Positions 1-11,006 of a DNA stretch of 20,000 nucleotides are shown here, piece after piece. The notes under the pieces were generated by a model. That model did not search any database. It was not told where the DNA came from and saw nothing but the letters and a program-made list of their open reading frames with translations. The DNA is taken from positions 7,989,034 to 8,009,033 of the forward strand of contig NC_057755.1 of the NCBI RefSeq assembly GCF_004010195.1, given 5' to 3'. This DNA comes from Chiloscyllium plagiosum. Its lineage: Eukaryota. Every line of letters starts with the position of its first letter. Within the stretch, counting starts at the first letter, position 1. Both the position numbers and the translations under genes were made by a program.

Positions 1-4
1 TGTT

Positions 5-1935
5 GTTTAATGTCCATGCAGTACATGAAACGAGATAAATGAGCTTGTAGTGTGTATTGAAGGTGGCAAGTGGGATGTCATGGGGACAAAGTAACCAATG
101 ATACGGATCCTTTCAAAAGGACAGGCGGTGGGCAGAGAGGGTGGGCTTGCTTTGTTAGTAAGAAATTAAATTAAATTAATAGCAAGATGTGATATAGAGT
201 AAGAAGGTGTAAAATCATTCTGGGTAGAATTGGGGAACTGCAAAGGAAATATGACTCTGATGAGAGTTGTGTCCTGGCTTCTCAACAGTATTCAGGATGT
301 GAGGCAGAAAATAAATCAGGAAATAGAAAAGGTCCATAGGAACGACAATAGTACAGGAATAATGGGTCACCTCAATACACAGAAAATCGAGTGGGTCACC
401 CATCTCGTCTTCAAGATTTGTTATATTTGGAGCAACTTGTGATGGAGCCCAAAAGGCAACAGGCACTTCTGGATTTCGTAGTCTATTATGAGCCAGACTT
501 GATTGGGGATGCTAAAGCGAAGCAACCAGAAGGGCCAGTGAACATAGTATAACGAAATTCAGCTAACCGTTTAAGAGTGAGAATCTAGAAACAAATGTAC
601 TATTGCAATTGAATGAAGCTAACTACAAAGTCATGAGGCAGGAGCTGTGCACAGTTGATTGGAAAGAGTAGGGTAGCAATGTTAGGAGTTTCTTATCGTA
701 ATTGACGGTACAGAGCAGAAATTCATCCCAATGAAGAAGAAGCATACTAAAAGGAGAATGAGGCAACTAAGGTTGAACGGAATGTCAGAGACTGGATGAA
801 ATCAAATGGAAGTCACTTAAAAATAGTGGCAAGTTATAGGATTGGGAAACCTTTAAAAAACTAGCAAAGGATGACTAAAACATCTGTAAGGGGGAAAATG
901 ATGCAAATTGATGGTAGGCTCGGTCGTAATATAAATGAAGATTGCAAAATCCTTATTTATATACAAAAGGTAAGGGACAGGCAAAAGTGAATGTGGGACC
1001 ATTGGAAAATGAGGCTGAAGAAATAGTAATGGAGAACTACTTCTGACATTTGAGAGGAACTGAATGGGTAATTTGCAATAGTTTCAGAGTGGAGGCAACA
1101 GCAGCGTACCAGAAGTTCAAGACAGTCAGGGGCAGAGGCGATTTCGATTACCACCACGAAGAGGATGGTACTGGGATAGCTGAAACGTGTGATAACTATA
1201 AATCACTGGGACCTCACAGACCTTCTTCCACAGTTCTGAAGCAGATAGCTGAGGAGCTTATAGAGGCATTGGTGTTGATCTTTCAGGAATCCCTGGCCCG
1301 AGAAAGGTTCGCAGAGGACTGGAAAATAGTTCATGAATCATTTGTGTTCAGGAAAGGTGACAGGAAGACAGAAAATAATAGCCATCTCATTTGACCTCAG
1401 TCATCGCTAAGACTTTGAAGTCAATTTTTAAGGATGAGATCGCAGACTACTTGTAAATAAAGGAGGGCTGAGATGGAACGGTTTCATCAAGGGGATGTCA
1501 TACCTAACAAATATGTTAGAATGCTTTGAGGCTCTGATGAGAGAGTTCGATAAAAGAGAGCCATTGGACATGATCTCTGGATTTCCCGAAGACTTTTGGC
1601 TAAGCCCTGCACAGGAGGCTGCAAAATAAGATGCGATCCTATTGAGCAATGTGCGGGCATGGATAGAGAATTGGCTGAATGACAGAAGGCAGAGAGTGGG
1701 GATAAATGATTCATTTTTAGGATGATATTTGGTGATGCATGATGCTGAATAGGGCTGTGTATTGGTATCACAAGCATTCTCGTTGCAAATTAACGATCTG
1801 CATGAACAAACTGAGGCATTGTTGCGACGTTTGCAGAAGTCACAAGATAGGTGGAGGGAGAGATCGTGTTAGGGAAGTGGCGAGGCTGTAGAAGGAACAG
1901 CTGCATAGTGGGAAGCTTTGAAGAATGATATAACT
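5..1935 (+). mobile_element. Decayed CR1-clade LINE, ORF2 fragment (APE endonuclease through RT)
   Basis: ORF 1050-1394 reads KSLGPHRPSSTVLKQIAEELIEALVLIFQESL...EDWK...FRKG, matching the CR1 pattern KSPGPDGLHPRVLKE...PEDWK.ANVTPLFKKG. An HGF.KG.S.LTN-like stretch follows at ~1478-1530 and an INDL...FA.DTK-like stretch at ~1789-1850. Many stops and frameshifts; ends approximate. Confidence 0.85.
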
Positions 1936-2406
1936 TGAGCCCAGTGTTGGACCTTTCTATCAGTGCGAGGGGCAAGAATGGTAGCTGTTGGGAATGCTGG
2001 ATGACAACAAGAATTGAGGCTTATGGTTAAGGAAAAGAAGAAAGCATATGTCAGGTATAGACAATATGGGTCAAGTGAATACCTAAAACTGTATACGTGC
2101 AATTGCAGTATTCTCAAGAAGGAAATCGGGAGGGCAAAAATGGGACATGAGGTCGCTTAGGGTTAATGAGAATCCAAAGGGAGACTATGAATGTATTAAG
2201 GACAAAAGAAGAACAAGGTGGATCTTTGGGTTCCTTAGAATTTAGCAAGGCTACCTACATGTGAAACTGTAGTAGGTGGGTGAAGTACTAAATAAATATT
2301 TCACGTCAGTATTTATTAATGAGTAGAACATTGGAGAACTTGCAGAAAAAGATCAGTGATGTCTTGATAAGTATCGTTATTACAGACGAGGTTATGCTGG
2401 ACAACT

Positions 2407-2545
2407 TTGGTCAGAATCTTTGGTGACCTTTAAACGGCAATTGGATAGGTACATGGATGGGTGCTTAAGCTAGGACAAATGTTCGGCACAACATCGTGGG
2501 CCGAAGGGCCTGTTCTGTGCTGTATTGTTCTATGTTCTATGTTCT
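2407..2545 (+). mobile_element. Short 5'-truncated CR1 3' end with (TGTTCTA)n tail, inserted in the older CR1
   Basis: Has the conserved 3' stem gggccgaagggcctgttctgtgctg followed by tgttcta repeats. Flanked by aact at 2403-2406 and 2546-2549 (possible short TSD). Confidence 0.75.
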
Positions 2546-2652
2546 AACTCAGAACGCATAATGTGCAGCCATTATTTATACAAGATAGCAAGTAAAAGCC
2601 AGCGAACTATAGACCAGTGAGCCTGGTTTAGTGATAAGAAAGCTTTGAAGGG

Positions 2653-2871
2653 AGAAATAACTCCAAGAAGGGAGTGTTCCCGTCACAATGTTGTCTTTTA
2701 TTTACACGTGCACAATAAAGCTTGATCAAATCCAGTTACAAGAATTGGAAGACTGTGAGACTCCTTGTCAGTATCTATTAGCCAGGGATCCATGATTAGC
2801 CTGGGTAAACAGGCCCAACCAGGGATCTCACATTCGATGTAATATACCGGGTCTTCATTCTAATCACTACA
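2653..2871 (-). mobile_element. Solo-LTR-like insert (~220 bp)
   Basis: Splits CR1 ORF2, which resumes at 2872. The minus strand starts TGTAGTG and has AATAAA near its 3' end. Shares taaacaggcccaa.cag and the terminal a.cactaca/taactaca with 14075-14263. Confidence 0.55.
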
Positions 2872-3807
2872 TTATTTACATGTGTTTGGAAAGACAAGGA
2901 CTGATGAGAGATAGACAAGAAAGCTTTATGCATTGGAAATCGATTATCACTAACCTGACTGAGTTTATTTTAAAGAAGTGACAAAGAGGTCTGATGAAGG
3001 CAGAGTGGTGGACGTTGTCTGTGGAGACTTCAGCAAGGTGCTCAACAAGGCTACATGTGGCCACCGGAGAACTGCAATGATTGGTGCTGGTTCCACTGCA
3101 GTTTGCGATTTATTTTAACTGGGTAAATGTGAATACAGTAGGGACGATTGTAAGTTTACAGATGACAACAAAATTGATGGTGCAATGGACTGTCAAGAAG
3201 ATTATATGAGACTGCAACTGGACCTTGAGCAGATGGGCCGTTGGGCCAAGGACTGGCAGATGGAGATTAATATAAATGTATGTGAAGTGGTACAGTTGGG
3301 TAGGGGAAATTATGGCAGGTCTAATACTCTTAATTTTAAAATTCTGAGCAGTGTTTGGTGAACAAAGAAGACTTGGAGTGGACGTTGGTAGTTCCTTGAA
3401 AGTTGATGCGCAGGTAGACAAAATAGAGAAGAAGGCATTTGATACAATTTCCTTTATTGATTAATGCATCAAATTTCGGCGTTTAGATGTCATATTGCAC
3501 CGGTTAGGCCAATTTTGGAATACTGTGTTCAACTCTGATCTCCCTGCTATAGGAAAGATGGCATTAAACTTGAAAGGGTTCAGAAACGATTTACAAAGGT
3601 TTTACCCATGTAGGCACTTGAGAGCGATAGAGAGTGATTAATTAGGTTGGGATTGTGTTCTCTAGAGAATCAGAGGCAGAAGTTTATGGAGACGATAAAA
3701 TCACGAGGGACATGGATAAAGTGAATAGCATGCTCTTTTTTCCCAAGGGAGAGGAGTCCAACACTAGAAAGCACATTTTTATGGGGAAGCGGGAAATATC
3801 TGTTCCT

Positions 3808-4290
3808 ATGAATGAATGAATGAATGAATGACTTACTTATTGCCACATATATTTCGAACAAATACATGAAAAATGTATCGTCACCCCAATCCAGCACCAT
3901 TTTAAAGTACAAGAAAAACTAAAGAAAGTATGTAAACAAAATTCATCTTCATTGGTCAGGGTCTGGAGAGTTGCTTCTCTCAGCCCAGCACTGCCAGGCG
4001 TCCGTGGTCCGGGCACTGACACCACCACAGTTGACAACCTGCTGATGCCGCCAGGAGTCCATGCTCCGGATCGAACGCCTCCAGGTGCCCTCGGTCTGAG
4101 CATAACACAGACAGGACTCTGCACTCTAGACCTATTGCAGCCAGGAGTCCCCAGTCTGGATCTACAGCAGCCAAGGACCCGTTTTCCCGTCCCATGAAGC
4201 CAGCAGTCCCAATCGACACTACTCTGGCCTCCCTGCTGAAAAAAAGAAAAAGAAAACAGAAGACAAAATGGCGGGAGAGAAAAAGAATGC
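3808..4290 (-). mobile_element. Unclassified non-autonomous retroelement-like sequence with (CATT)n 3' tail and internal 30-bp repeats
   Basis: (GAAT)n at 3808-3830 is a (CATT)n tail on the minus strand, preceded by ...gtggcaataag. The body is GC-rich with 30-bp periodicity. The 5' boundary is uncertain. Confidence 0.4.
4050..4197. repeat. Degenerate 30-bp minisatellite (~5 units)
   Basis: ccagg-like unit starts at 4051, 4081, 4111, 4141 and 4171 (exact 30-bp spacing), with a related unit at 3994. Confidence 0.7.
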
Positions 4291-5043
4291 GGATGGGCTC
4301 ACCCTAAATACGAACCTGCTTCTTCCATGCTACGAGACCCTGGGATGAGGTGGAGCTGTGTTCAGCTCATCCTGGTATTGCACCAGTATGCTCGGTTTCC
4401 TCGTGTCATGCCTTTTACTAATTATTCCCTTGTCTTGTTCAGTCAATTAGTCTTAGGTCTTTGACCCGAAATAAAAGTTCAGTTTTCAGAGTTTTTTGGG
4501 GAGAGATGCTAATATTTGAAACTTTCCCAGGTTGCGAGAAATACTCCATGGATAGCAATCTGTGAACCATGACCTGTTGTCGGGATCAGTCGTCACTTTT
4601 CACAAAACGGGGTCTCAGGATGAGGCAGTCACAACCACATCCTTACAAACACACACATATACACACAGTCATTCTGGAATATTAGTAACACATCTATACG
4701 CAGACACCAAATCACACTCACATCCACAAACATATTAAGAAATAAAGTTATACATTAAGGCATTAGACTCCAACATGCAAGATCTTGTAGAAACGTTGCT
4801 ATACACATACTCAAGCACAATTACAGAGCTACAGAAACAGTTTGGTATGGGCAAAGAATGACACTCATAAACAAATGCAGAGATACAGAGAGATCGTTTT
4901 GGACACATAGAAAGTCTCGGCAGCCAAACACGGTCTCAACAATACACTCATCTACTTGAACAGTCAGGCAGACACAAACTCACACCCACACTCAGAGACA
5001 CATACATGCATAGAGTCACAGAACCATAATAAAATGCAATAGC

Positions 5044-5046
<3 letters not shown>

Positions 5047-5126
<80 letters not shown>

Positions 5127-5170
5127 NNNNNNNNNNNNNNNNNNNNNCACACACACACACACACACACAC
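5047..5170. repeat. (CA)n microsatellite spanning a 21-N assembly gap (5127-5147), within a CA-rich low-complexity region (~4630-5480)
   Basis: Seen directly in the sequence. Confidence 0.97.
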
Positions 5171-5780
5171 TATAACTAAGCACAGCCACAAGCAGCATAT
5201 ACACAGACATAAATGCAACAGATGCTCGTGTGCAAAACGCTGACACAACACTATCCAGTAACAGTCACAGACATACATAAAAACGCTCACAGTGACTGAA
5301 GTACTTTCTCAACAGACTCGATAACATACCCAAGATGTACCACAATATATAGGTACCGACATACAGCCAAATACTCACACACAGTGGAAATAAAAGCAAC
5401 ACACAAACACAACAACACACTCACAAAGTGGATCAAAGTCTCATCTAAGGACAAAAACCACGTGTTATTCACAGACACAGTGACATTCCCACTAAGGCAA
5501 TGATATAGTCCTACATAGGGAACGCACTGAGACCCTCAGCTGAGGGGAGCGAGAGGGAGAGAGAGATGGACAAACAAAGCGCAAGAGATGGTGGGGCAGT
5601 GCATATACTGTAATTACTATCGTGGCAAGTTATTGCTGGCTGTATTTATGCATTTTGTAATTTGGAAAATCTCTACCTGGGGAAACATATCAGGAAATGA
5701 AGGTATCAGAAAGGGATTTGACCCAATGTATGGGAGCATGTGCAAACTGACATACGTATCTGAGAAGTTCAATGGGGGCA

Positions 5781-6182
5781 AAAGAGAAACAGAGAGGGAG
5801 AGAAATAAACGAGAAAGACAGAGAGAAATATGGAGAATGGATTACACAAGATACAAAGAGTGAGAGGTGCAGACAGAGAATGACAGATAAAGATAGAGAC
5901 AGTGCGAGAAATAAAGAGAGACTGAGTGTGAGAGACAGCAACAGAGAAAGAGACAGAAATATAGAAAGAGAAGACAGACCAAGTGTGAGAGTGATAGAGT
6001 GAGAGACAATCAGAGTGAGAGACACTGAGAGAGAGACTGACAGCAACAAACTGAGAAATAATGAGAGAGAGAAAGCCAAAGGTTGAGAAAAACGTGAAAG
6101 ACTGAGAGAGAGAGAGAGAGTGGGGGAGGAGGAAAGAGAGAGAGAGAGACAGAAAGTTAGATAGCTGGATAGAGAGAGAGAG
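5781..6182. repeat. (GA)-rich low-complexity / decayed microsatellite
   Basis: Seen directly; produces spurious SL/ER-rich ORFs. Confidence 0.9.
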
Positions 6183-6619
6183 GGCGGCAATATATTTGTG
6201 ATGTGATGAAATGGGACTGGGCTTAAGAAAGCCTATTAAAAATAAACAAAAGTACACGAAACAATAAACAATACAGCCAAAAGAATCACCAGCAACCGGA
6301 GCCTTTCTCTTGTTTTAACATAGCATTTATTACGAGCTGAACAGAGAGAGCCTGACAATCATCATGGTGCAGGGGGAATATTTGTGTCCCTCCCCTCATC
6401 TCCTCCAGAGAAAATGCAGAAATCCCTCCTGCTGGTCTTTAACACTCATCGACAAGGCAATCCGTGAAGACCCAATGTTCCATCTGAATCCATCACACAC
6501 AGACAGTCCATCATTTCAAATCACTCTACCAAACTTTTTCCATGCTTCACAATGCACCACCCCTCCCCCTACTCTCATCCGTTGCCCTTTGCCTACAGTC
6601 CCTTTGTCATGCTATGCAA

Positions 6620-6797
6620 TAATTTGAAGACCGAAATGGATAGATTCCTTTTACATTTGGGGTGTGTGGTGTAGTCCTGAGACGTACACGGAAATGCAGA
6701 TTTGACTTTATGATTGAATGATTCACGAATTTCTGGAATGGCAGGTGATCCAGACTTGACAGGCTTAATGGCCTAATGCTGCTGATTGTCTGTGTGT
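6620..6797 (+). mobile_element. Highly decayed CR1 3' end
   Basis: ttgaagaccgaaatggatagattc (FK.E.DRF-like ORF2 end) and gaatggc...aatggccta.tgctgct resemble the CR1 3' UTR. Confidence 0.5.
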
Positions 6798-7073
6798 CCC
6801 CGTGTCATTCAATCCATCCGTCAGTCAGGGATAGCAGCACGTTCCTGATTGTGCTGAATGATGACTCATTATATTTTCCGCCTCCCTATCCACCCCTGGG
6901 TGTTATCCATGCGATTGTGATTATAGAATTCTGGCTGTACGTATGCAATTCCTGTACTGGGAACACTGTGGCTGCCTCCCTCTCTCATTTGCTTTGTTCA
7001 GTCATTAAGTGAACAATTTATATGACAAGCTGTTGCACCGCATTCCGGAACTTTGCTCTGAACTTAGACAGAG

Positions 7074-7885
7074 TCACTGCATAAAAAAAAATGTGTTTGT
7101 GCTGCAGCTGAAATCCTTGAGCATTTCTCCGACTTGTGGAAAAATATTGGATTCTCCAATTGATTTTCCATTAATCCTACGGTATATGAAATGTATACCA
7201 TATACGAACCACAGAAGTATAAAGCTGATGGATATGGTGAAGAGGGAAATCACCGACTTCCTTCGGTTCTCCATCTCTGCGTCACTGTGACTTCCTCCAT
7301 TCCTCTGACCCCTCAGTCTCCTGCGGACTCGACTGGCCACTAAAATGTACCTGACTGTCAGACTATTCATCAGCAGAATTAACACGAATGGAATAAAAGG
7401 GGTTAAAATGTGACTAAACCAGTTAAACCCCAGCCACTTGGGATCAGTAAGGAAATTTGACTTTATTCGGCAGTACCACGGAACATTGTCAATTATCTTC
7501 CTAGGTTCAAATCGAAAATAGAATGGAATGTTGTTTGAAAAGAGCAGAATGCCAGTTGCAGCTACCACCACAGCCAAAGCTTTCTCTGTCCAATATGTTC
7601 TCTTCATTTTCTGACAACAAATGGCCACAAAACGATCAAAGGAGAAAAGGACTATAAACCAGACCGAACACTCTGTGGCTGCCTTAGCCAGGGCAAAGAT
7701 AGAACTACACAGAGGGGTTATGTCCAGGAAACACTTCGGGAAGTAATAGATCATCAGTCGATTCAGTATAATGTTCGTGCCAATGAACAGTAGATCCGCT
7801 GTTGCCATAGCCAATAAACATCGCATGGTGCAAGTAGAAAGGCCGCACTTTCCCTGTGCGAGGGCAAAAATCATGAGGGCATTAA
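7074..7885 (-). CDS. GPR139-like: GPR139-like class A (rhodopsin-type) GPCR, main coding exon (TM1 second half to TM7); frameshifted at the end of TM7, possible pseudogene
   Basis: Protein reads VNALMIFALAQGKCGLSTCTMRCLLAMATADLL...CSVWFIVLFSFDRFVAICCQK...LTPFIPFVLILLMNSLTVRYILVASRVRR...FILLW...SCSTNTF. It has the TM2 ADL, DRF, TM5 P and TM7 N motifs typical of the expanded chondrichthyan GPR139-like family. A polypyrimidine tract plus cag acceptor (minus strand ttttgtcttctgtttcttgcag, AG at 7887/7886) gives a phase-1 exon, so ORF positions 7886-8033 are intronic. Probably a paralogue rather than the GPR139 orthologue. Confidence 0.88.
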
Positions 7886-8351
7886 CTGCAAGAAACAGAA
7901 GACAAAATAAAATAAAAAAAATATTGGTTGAACAGCTTTGGTAACTCTCCGATCTTTGGAAGATCTTAACACCTAAGTGGGTCATTTGGGAGGTGTCAGA
8001 GATTGTCGTGAAAATTAAATCGACTTGACTCAACTATTAGCAAGAGCCAGGAAAGGAGCTTTATTTTTACTTCTGCAGAAGTGACTCTAGTACACAAATG
8101 CTAGATGCCTTAATGTAAAGGAGTGCCTTAGCATGGTACAGACACTTGCTTTATTCTGTTTCTTATCACACTCTCAAGGGAGAATCCCCTGGTCTTAGAC
8201 ATAACAGTTCTTTAGCTTTCACTGAGTTCGACTATCGCAAGGTCGAGTTGAATGTTTACAGAATTCAAACAGAGATAAGCTGACTTCAGACCTTCATCAA
8301 AGTATTTTTTATCTTATACAGCATTAAGTTAAAGAAAAGCATTCTCTATCA

Positions 8352-8397
8352 AATTTCACAGTCAATGGGTAATTAATTTCACAGTAAATGGATAATT
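8352..8397. repeat. 23-bp tandem duplication
   Basis: aatttcacagtcaatgggtaatt followed by aatttcacagtaaatggataatt. Confidence 0.8.
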
Positions 8398-8429
8398 TTC
8401 CATTACAGAGATCAAATCTAAAAATAGTA

Positions 8430-10630
8430 GTTTGGAGCTGCTCAATTCTGGTCTGAAGTAAATGGAAAAGTTAAAAACACACAACACCAGGTGAGAGTCC
8501 AACAGATTCTTCTGGAGTACAAGCTTTTGGAGTGCTGTCCTTCATCAGGTTGCTAGTGGAACAGGATCGTAGGACACAGAATTTATTGCAAAGTATCATA
8601 GTGTCATACAACTGATGTTAGATATTGAACAACTAGATTGCTGTTAAGTCTTTCATCTTTTAAACTGAGTTCCAAGTTTCGACACAATAATATGTAATCC
8701 CAGACCTACTTTCAATGCACATTCCCAAGGTAACTCAAGGTTGTATATAAAAAAAACTCAGCTCAGACAATGCATTAATGATGTGAGGTTAGAGTTTGCA
8801 GGCATTCCAATCTTGAGTTAGATTTGTGCTATTCCCAAAGTAGGAATTTATAAAATGTGACATGGATTGAGTGCCCACATTTTGCGTGCTATTTGAACAA
8901 AATAGATTGCACCAGCAAATACAATTCTGCAAATGCTAATTCATCACACAGAACTTTTCACGTGTTTGCGTGCAAATGAGAGAGGGGGGGGGGGGGGGAG
9001 AGACAGAGAGAGAGAGTAAGAAAGTGCGTGTGCTTATGATACTGTATGTGTGTGAATGTGTGTGTGAGAGAGAAAGAGAGTATGTATGTGTGTGGTAGTG
9101 TGCGCACGTGCATGCCCAAGAGAGACCGAGTGTATGAGAGCAGGTCTGCGTGAGTGTGTGACTATGTAGGGCTGTGTGTATGTGTGTCCTTGTGTGTGAG
9201 TGTGTGCGAGAGTACAGTGTTTTGGGGTTACCTGTAGTGTGGCACGAATGCAAGGTTCCAGTTGAGGCTATACTCATTGGTGCTGAACCTGGCTATCAGC
9301 CTCTGCTCGGACACTCTCCGTTGTTGTATACTCTGAAGTCTGCCTTGGAGGGCGGTCACCCGAAGATCCGAGTCTGAATGACCCTGACTGCTGAAGTGTT
9401 CACTGACTGGGCGGGAACATTCCTGTTTGGTGATTGTGTGTGGTGTCCATTCATCTGTTGCCAGAGCTTTCGCTTTGTCTCCCCATCCTTGCCTGCAGCA
9501 TATGGGATAGACAACATTGGCTGAGTCACATGAACATCTGCAAAGCACATGGTTGGTAATGTCCCCATGTGTAATGATAGTGATCATGCCCACATCTCTT
9601 GCAGTGATTGCTACGATAGAATTGCATGGAGTTGTGGGCGACTTCGTCCTGAAATCCAGGTTGTTAACTGCAAACAATTGTCTATTGCAGGTTTGACAAT
9701 TGTTTAAAGGCAAGAAATAGAGGTGTAGGAAAGGTCTTAGCGAAGTGCTCATTCTCATCAATAATGTCTTGTAGTCTGTGACAAACATGGCGTACTTTCT
9801 GTGCACCTGGGAAGTACTGGACAACGAAGAGTACCCTCTGAGTAATATCCGTGTCTGTCTCCTTAGGAGGTCATCATGGTTTCTCACCGTGGTACGTTGG
9901 AACTGACGATCAAAGAGTTGAGCATCATGCCCTGTTCGTATGAGAGCATCCTTCAGCACCATCAGGTGTCCGTCACCTTCCTCCTCATTTGAATAGATTC
10001 TGTGTATGCAGGAGACTTCTCCGTAGGGGACGACTATATTTTTTGGGGTGGGAGCTTGAACTTGTGAGGTTATCGGTGGGTTTGTGGGAGAGTGAGGTAC
10101 TGAGGTGCCTGTTCTTGATGAAGATGCATGTGTCCAAGAATGAGACAAATACTGAAGTGTAATCCATGTGGTGAGGCTTGTTGATATCAGTGTAGTTGTT
10201 TCAGTGACTCTTCGTCATGGGTCCAGAGGAGGGAAATGTCATTAATATATCTGGTGTAGAGTGCTTGTTGGAGGACCTGTAAAGCGAAGAAGAGTTAGAC
10301 AAACGTGTACATGGAAGTGTTGGCATTTTGGGGTGCACATTTGATCACATGACTGTTCGCAGTGTCTGCATGAAGAACTAGTTGTCAAATGTCAATACGA
10401 TGTGGTCAAAGATGAAGCATGTAAGTTGTAGTACGGTGCTCACAGATTGGCAGTTATTGACATTAAGAACTGAGGCTGTTTCAGTGATGCCGTCATCATA
10501 GGGAATGTTGGTGTAAAGTGTCAAAATGTTCACTGTGTCGAGGAATGTTCCTGGATTGACTGGTCCGTGGTGCTGAGTTTCTGTATGAAAGCTGTAATGT
10601 CACAACATAAGCTGGGGGTCCCCTACAATG
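8430..10630 (-). mobile_element. Penelope-like element (decayed RT + GIY-YIG endonuclease + 3' pLTR region)
   Basis: Minus-strand remnants: LYTNIP (~10500-10520), RYINDI (RT YxDD site, ~10236-10253), VSFLD...KPTD, PYG...IHRI, ANVVY.I.C (GIY half; the YIG part appears deleted) and VSEHF...R...EQRLI...N. The 3' region has GT/GA microsatellite and a hammerhead remnant at 8519-8550. Confidence 0.85.
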
Positions 10631-10784
10631 GGTTTTAAGATGGATCGACAAAATCGAAAATGTCTCACAGGGTTCCATTTCCTTGTCAGTCGGGAAACAC
10701 TTCAACAAGTCAAGGAGATTTGGCCTCGCATCTTCGGTGTCTATCCTCCAAGGCAAACTTTGGGACAAGCTACAACACAGAGTG

Positions 10785-11006
10785 CCAAAAGAGAAAATGC
10801 TGGAAAATCTCAGCAAGTCTGGCAGCATCTGTAAGGAGAGAAAGAGCTGACTTTTCGAGTCCAACTGACCTTTGACAAAGGGTCAGTTAGACTCGAAACG
10901 TCAGCTCTTTTCTCTCCTTACAGATGCTGCCAGACCTGCTGAGATTTTCCAGCATTTTCTCTTTTGCTTTCAGATTCCAGCATCCGCAGTAACTTGCTTT
11001 TATCCA
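10785..11006. mobile_element. Young fold-back (palindromic) non-autonomous Penelope-derived element with 13-bp TSD
   Basis: Inverted arms 10786-10874 and 10876-10966. Perfect flanking direct repeat acaacacagagtg at 10772-10784 and 11007-11019. Confidence 0.88.
10870..10905 (+). ncRNA. Minimal type I hammerhead ribozyme motif, U3-A8 core variant
   Basis: TTGACAA-A-GGGTC-agtta-GACTC-GAAA-C-GTC: core, stem II, GAAA, palindromic ACGT stem III and GUC triplet. Confidence 0.6.

Larger units (their letters stand above)
1960..3800 (+). mobile_element. Second decayed CR1 ORF2 copy (linker + RT + C-terminal region), interrupted by two inserts
   Basis: Degenerate CR1 motifs: KKKAYVRYRQ (~2034), NYRPVSL (aactatagaccagtgagcctg, ~2606), DFSK..NK (~3027), KFTDDNKI (~3152), LERVQKRFT (~3569). 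Interrupted at 2407-2545 and 2653-2871. Confidence 0.85.

Noticed and set aside
4050..4197. CRISPR-like repeat-spacer array
   Set aside because: Vertebrate context, degenerate units with no distinct spacers and no cas genes; it is a minisatellite.
4455..4475. ggtc-ttt-gacc-cgaaa as another hammerhead
   Set aside because: Stem II and GAAA are present, but there is no CUGANGA upstream or cleavage triplet; at best a remnant.
5533..5546. 14-bp perfect palindrome ccctcagctgaggg
   Set aside because: About one such palindrome is expected by chance in 20 kb, and it has no supporting context.
4948..6257. Cys/Val-, Ser/Leu- and Glu/Arg-rich ORFs
   Set aside because: These are translations of (CA)n and (GA)n simple repeats.
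7886..8033. N-terminal 49 aa of the 319-aa ORF as the receptor N-terminus/TM1
   Set aside because: The FFILFCLLFL stretch is the translated polypyrimidine tract before a canonical acceptor, and family similarity starts at the splice site.
9228..10148. 306-aa ORF as an intact or domesticated gene
   Set aside because: It is a mosaic of in-frame and out-of-frame Penelope segments with the YIG motif deleted.
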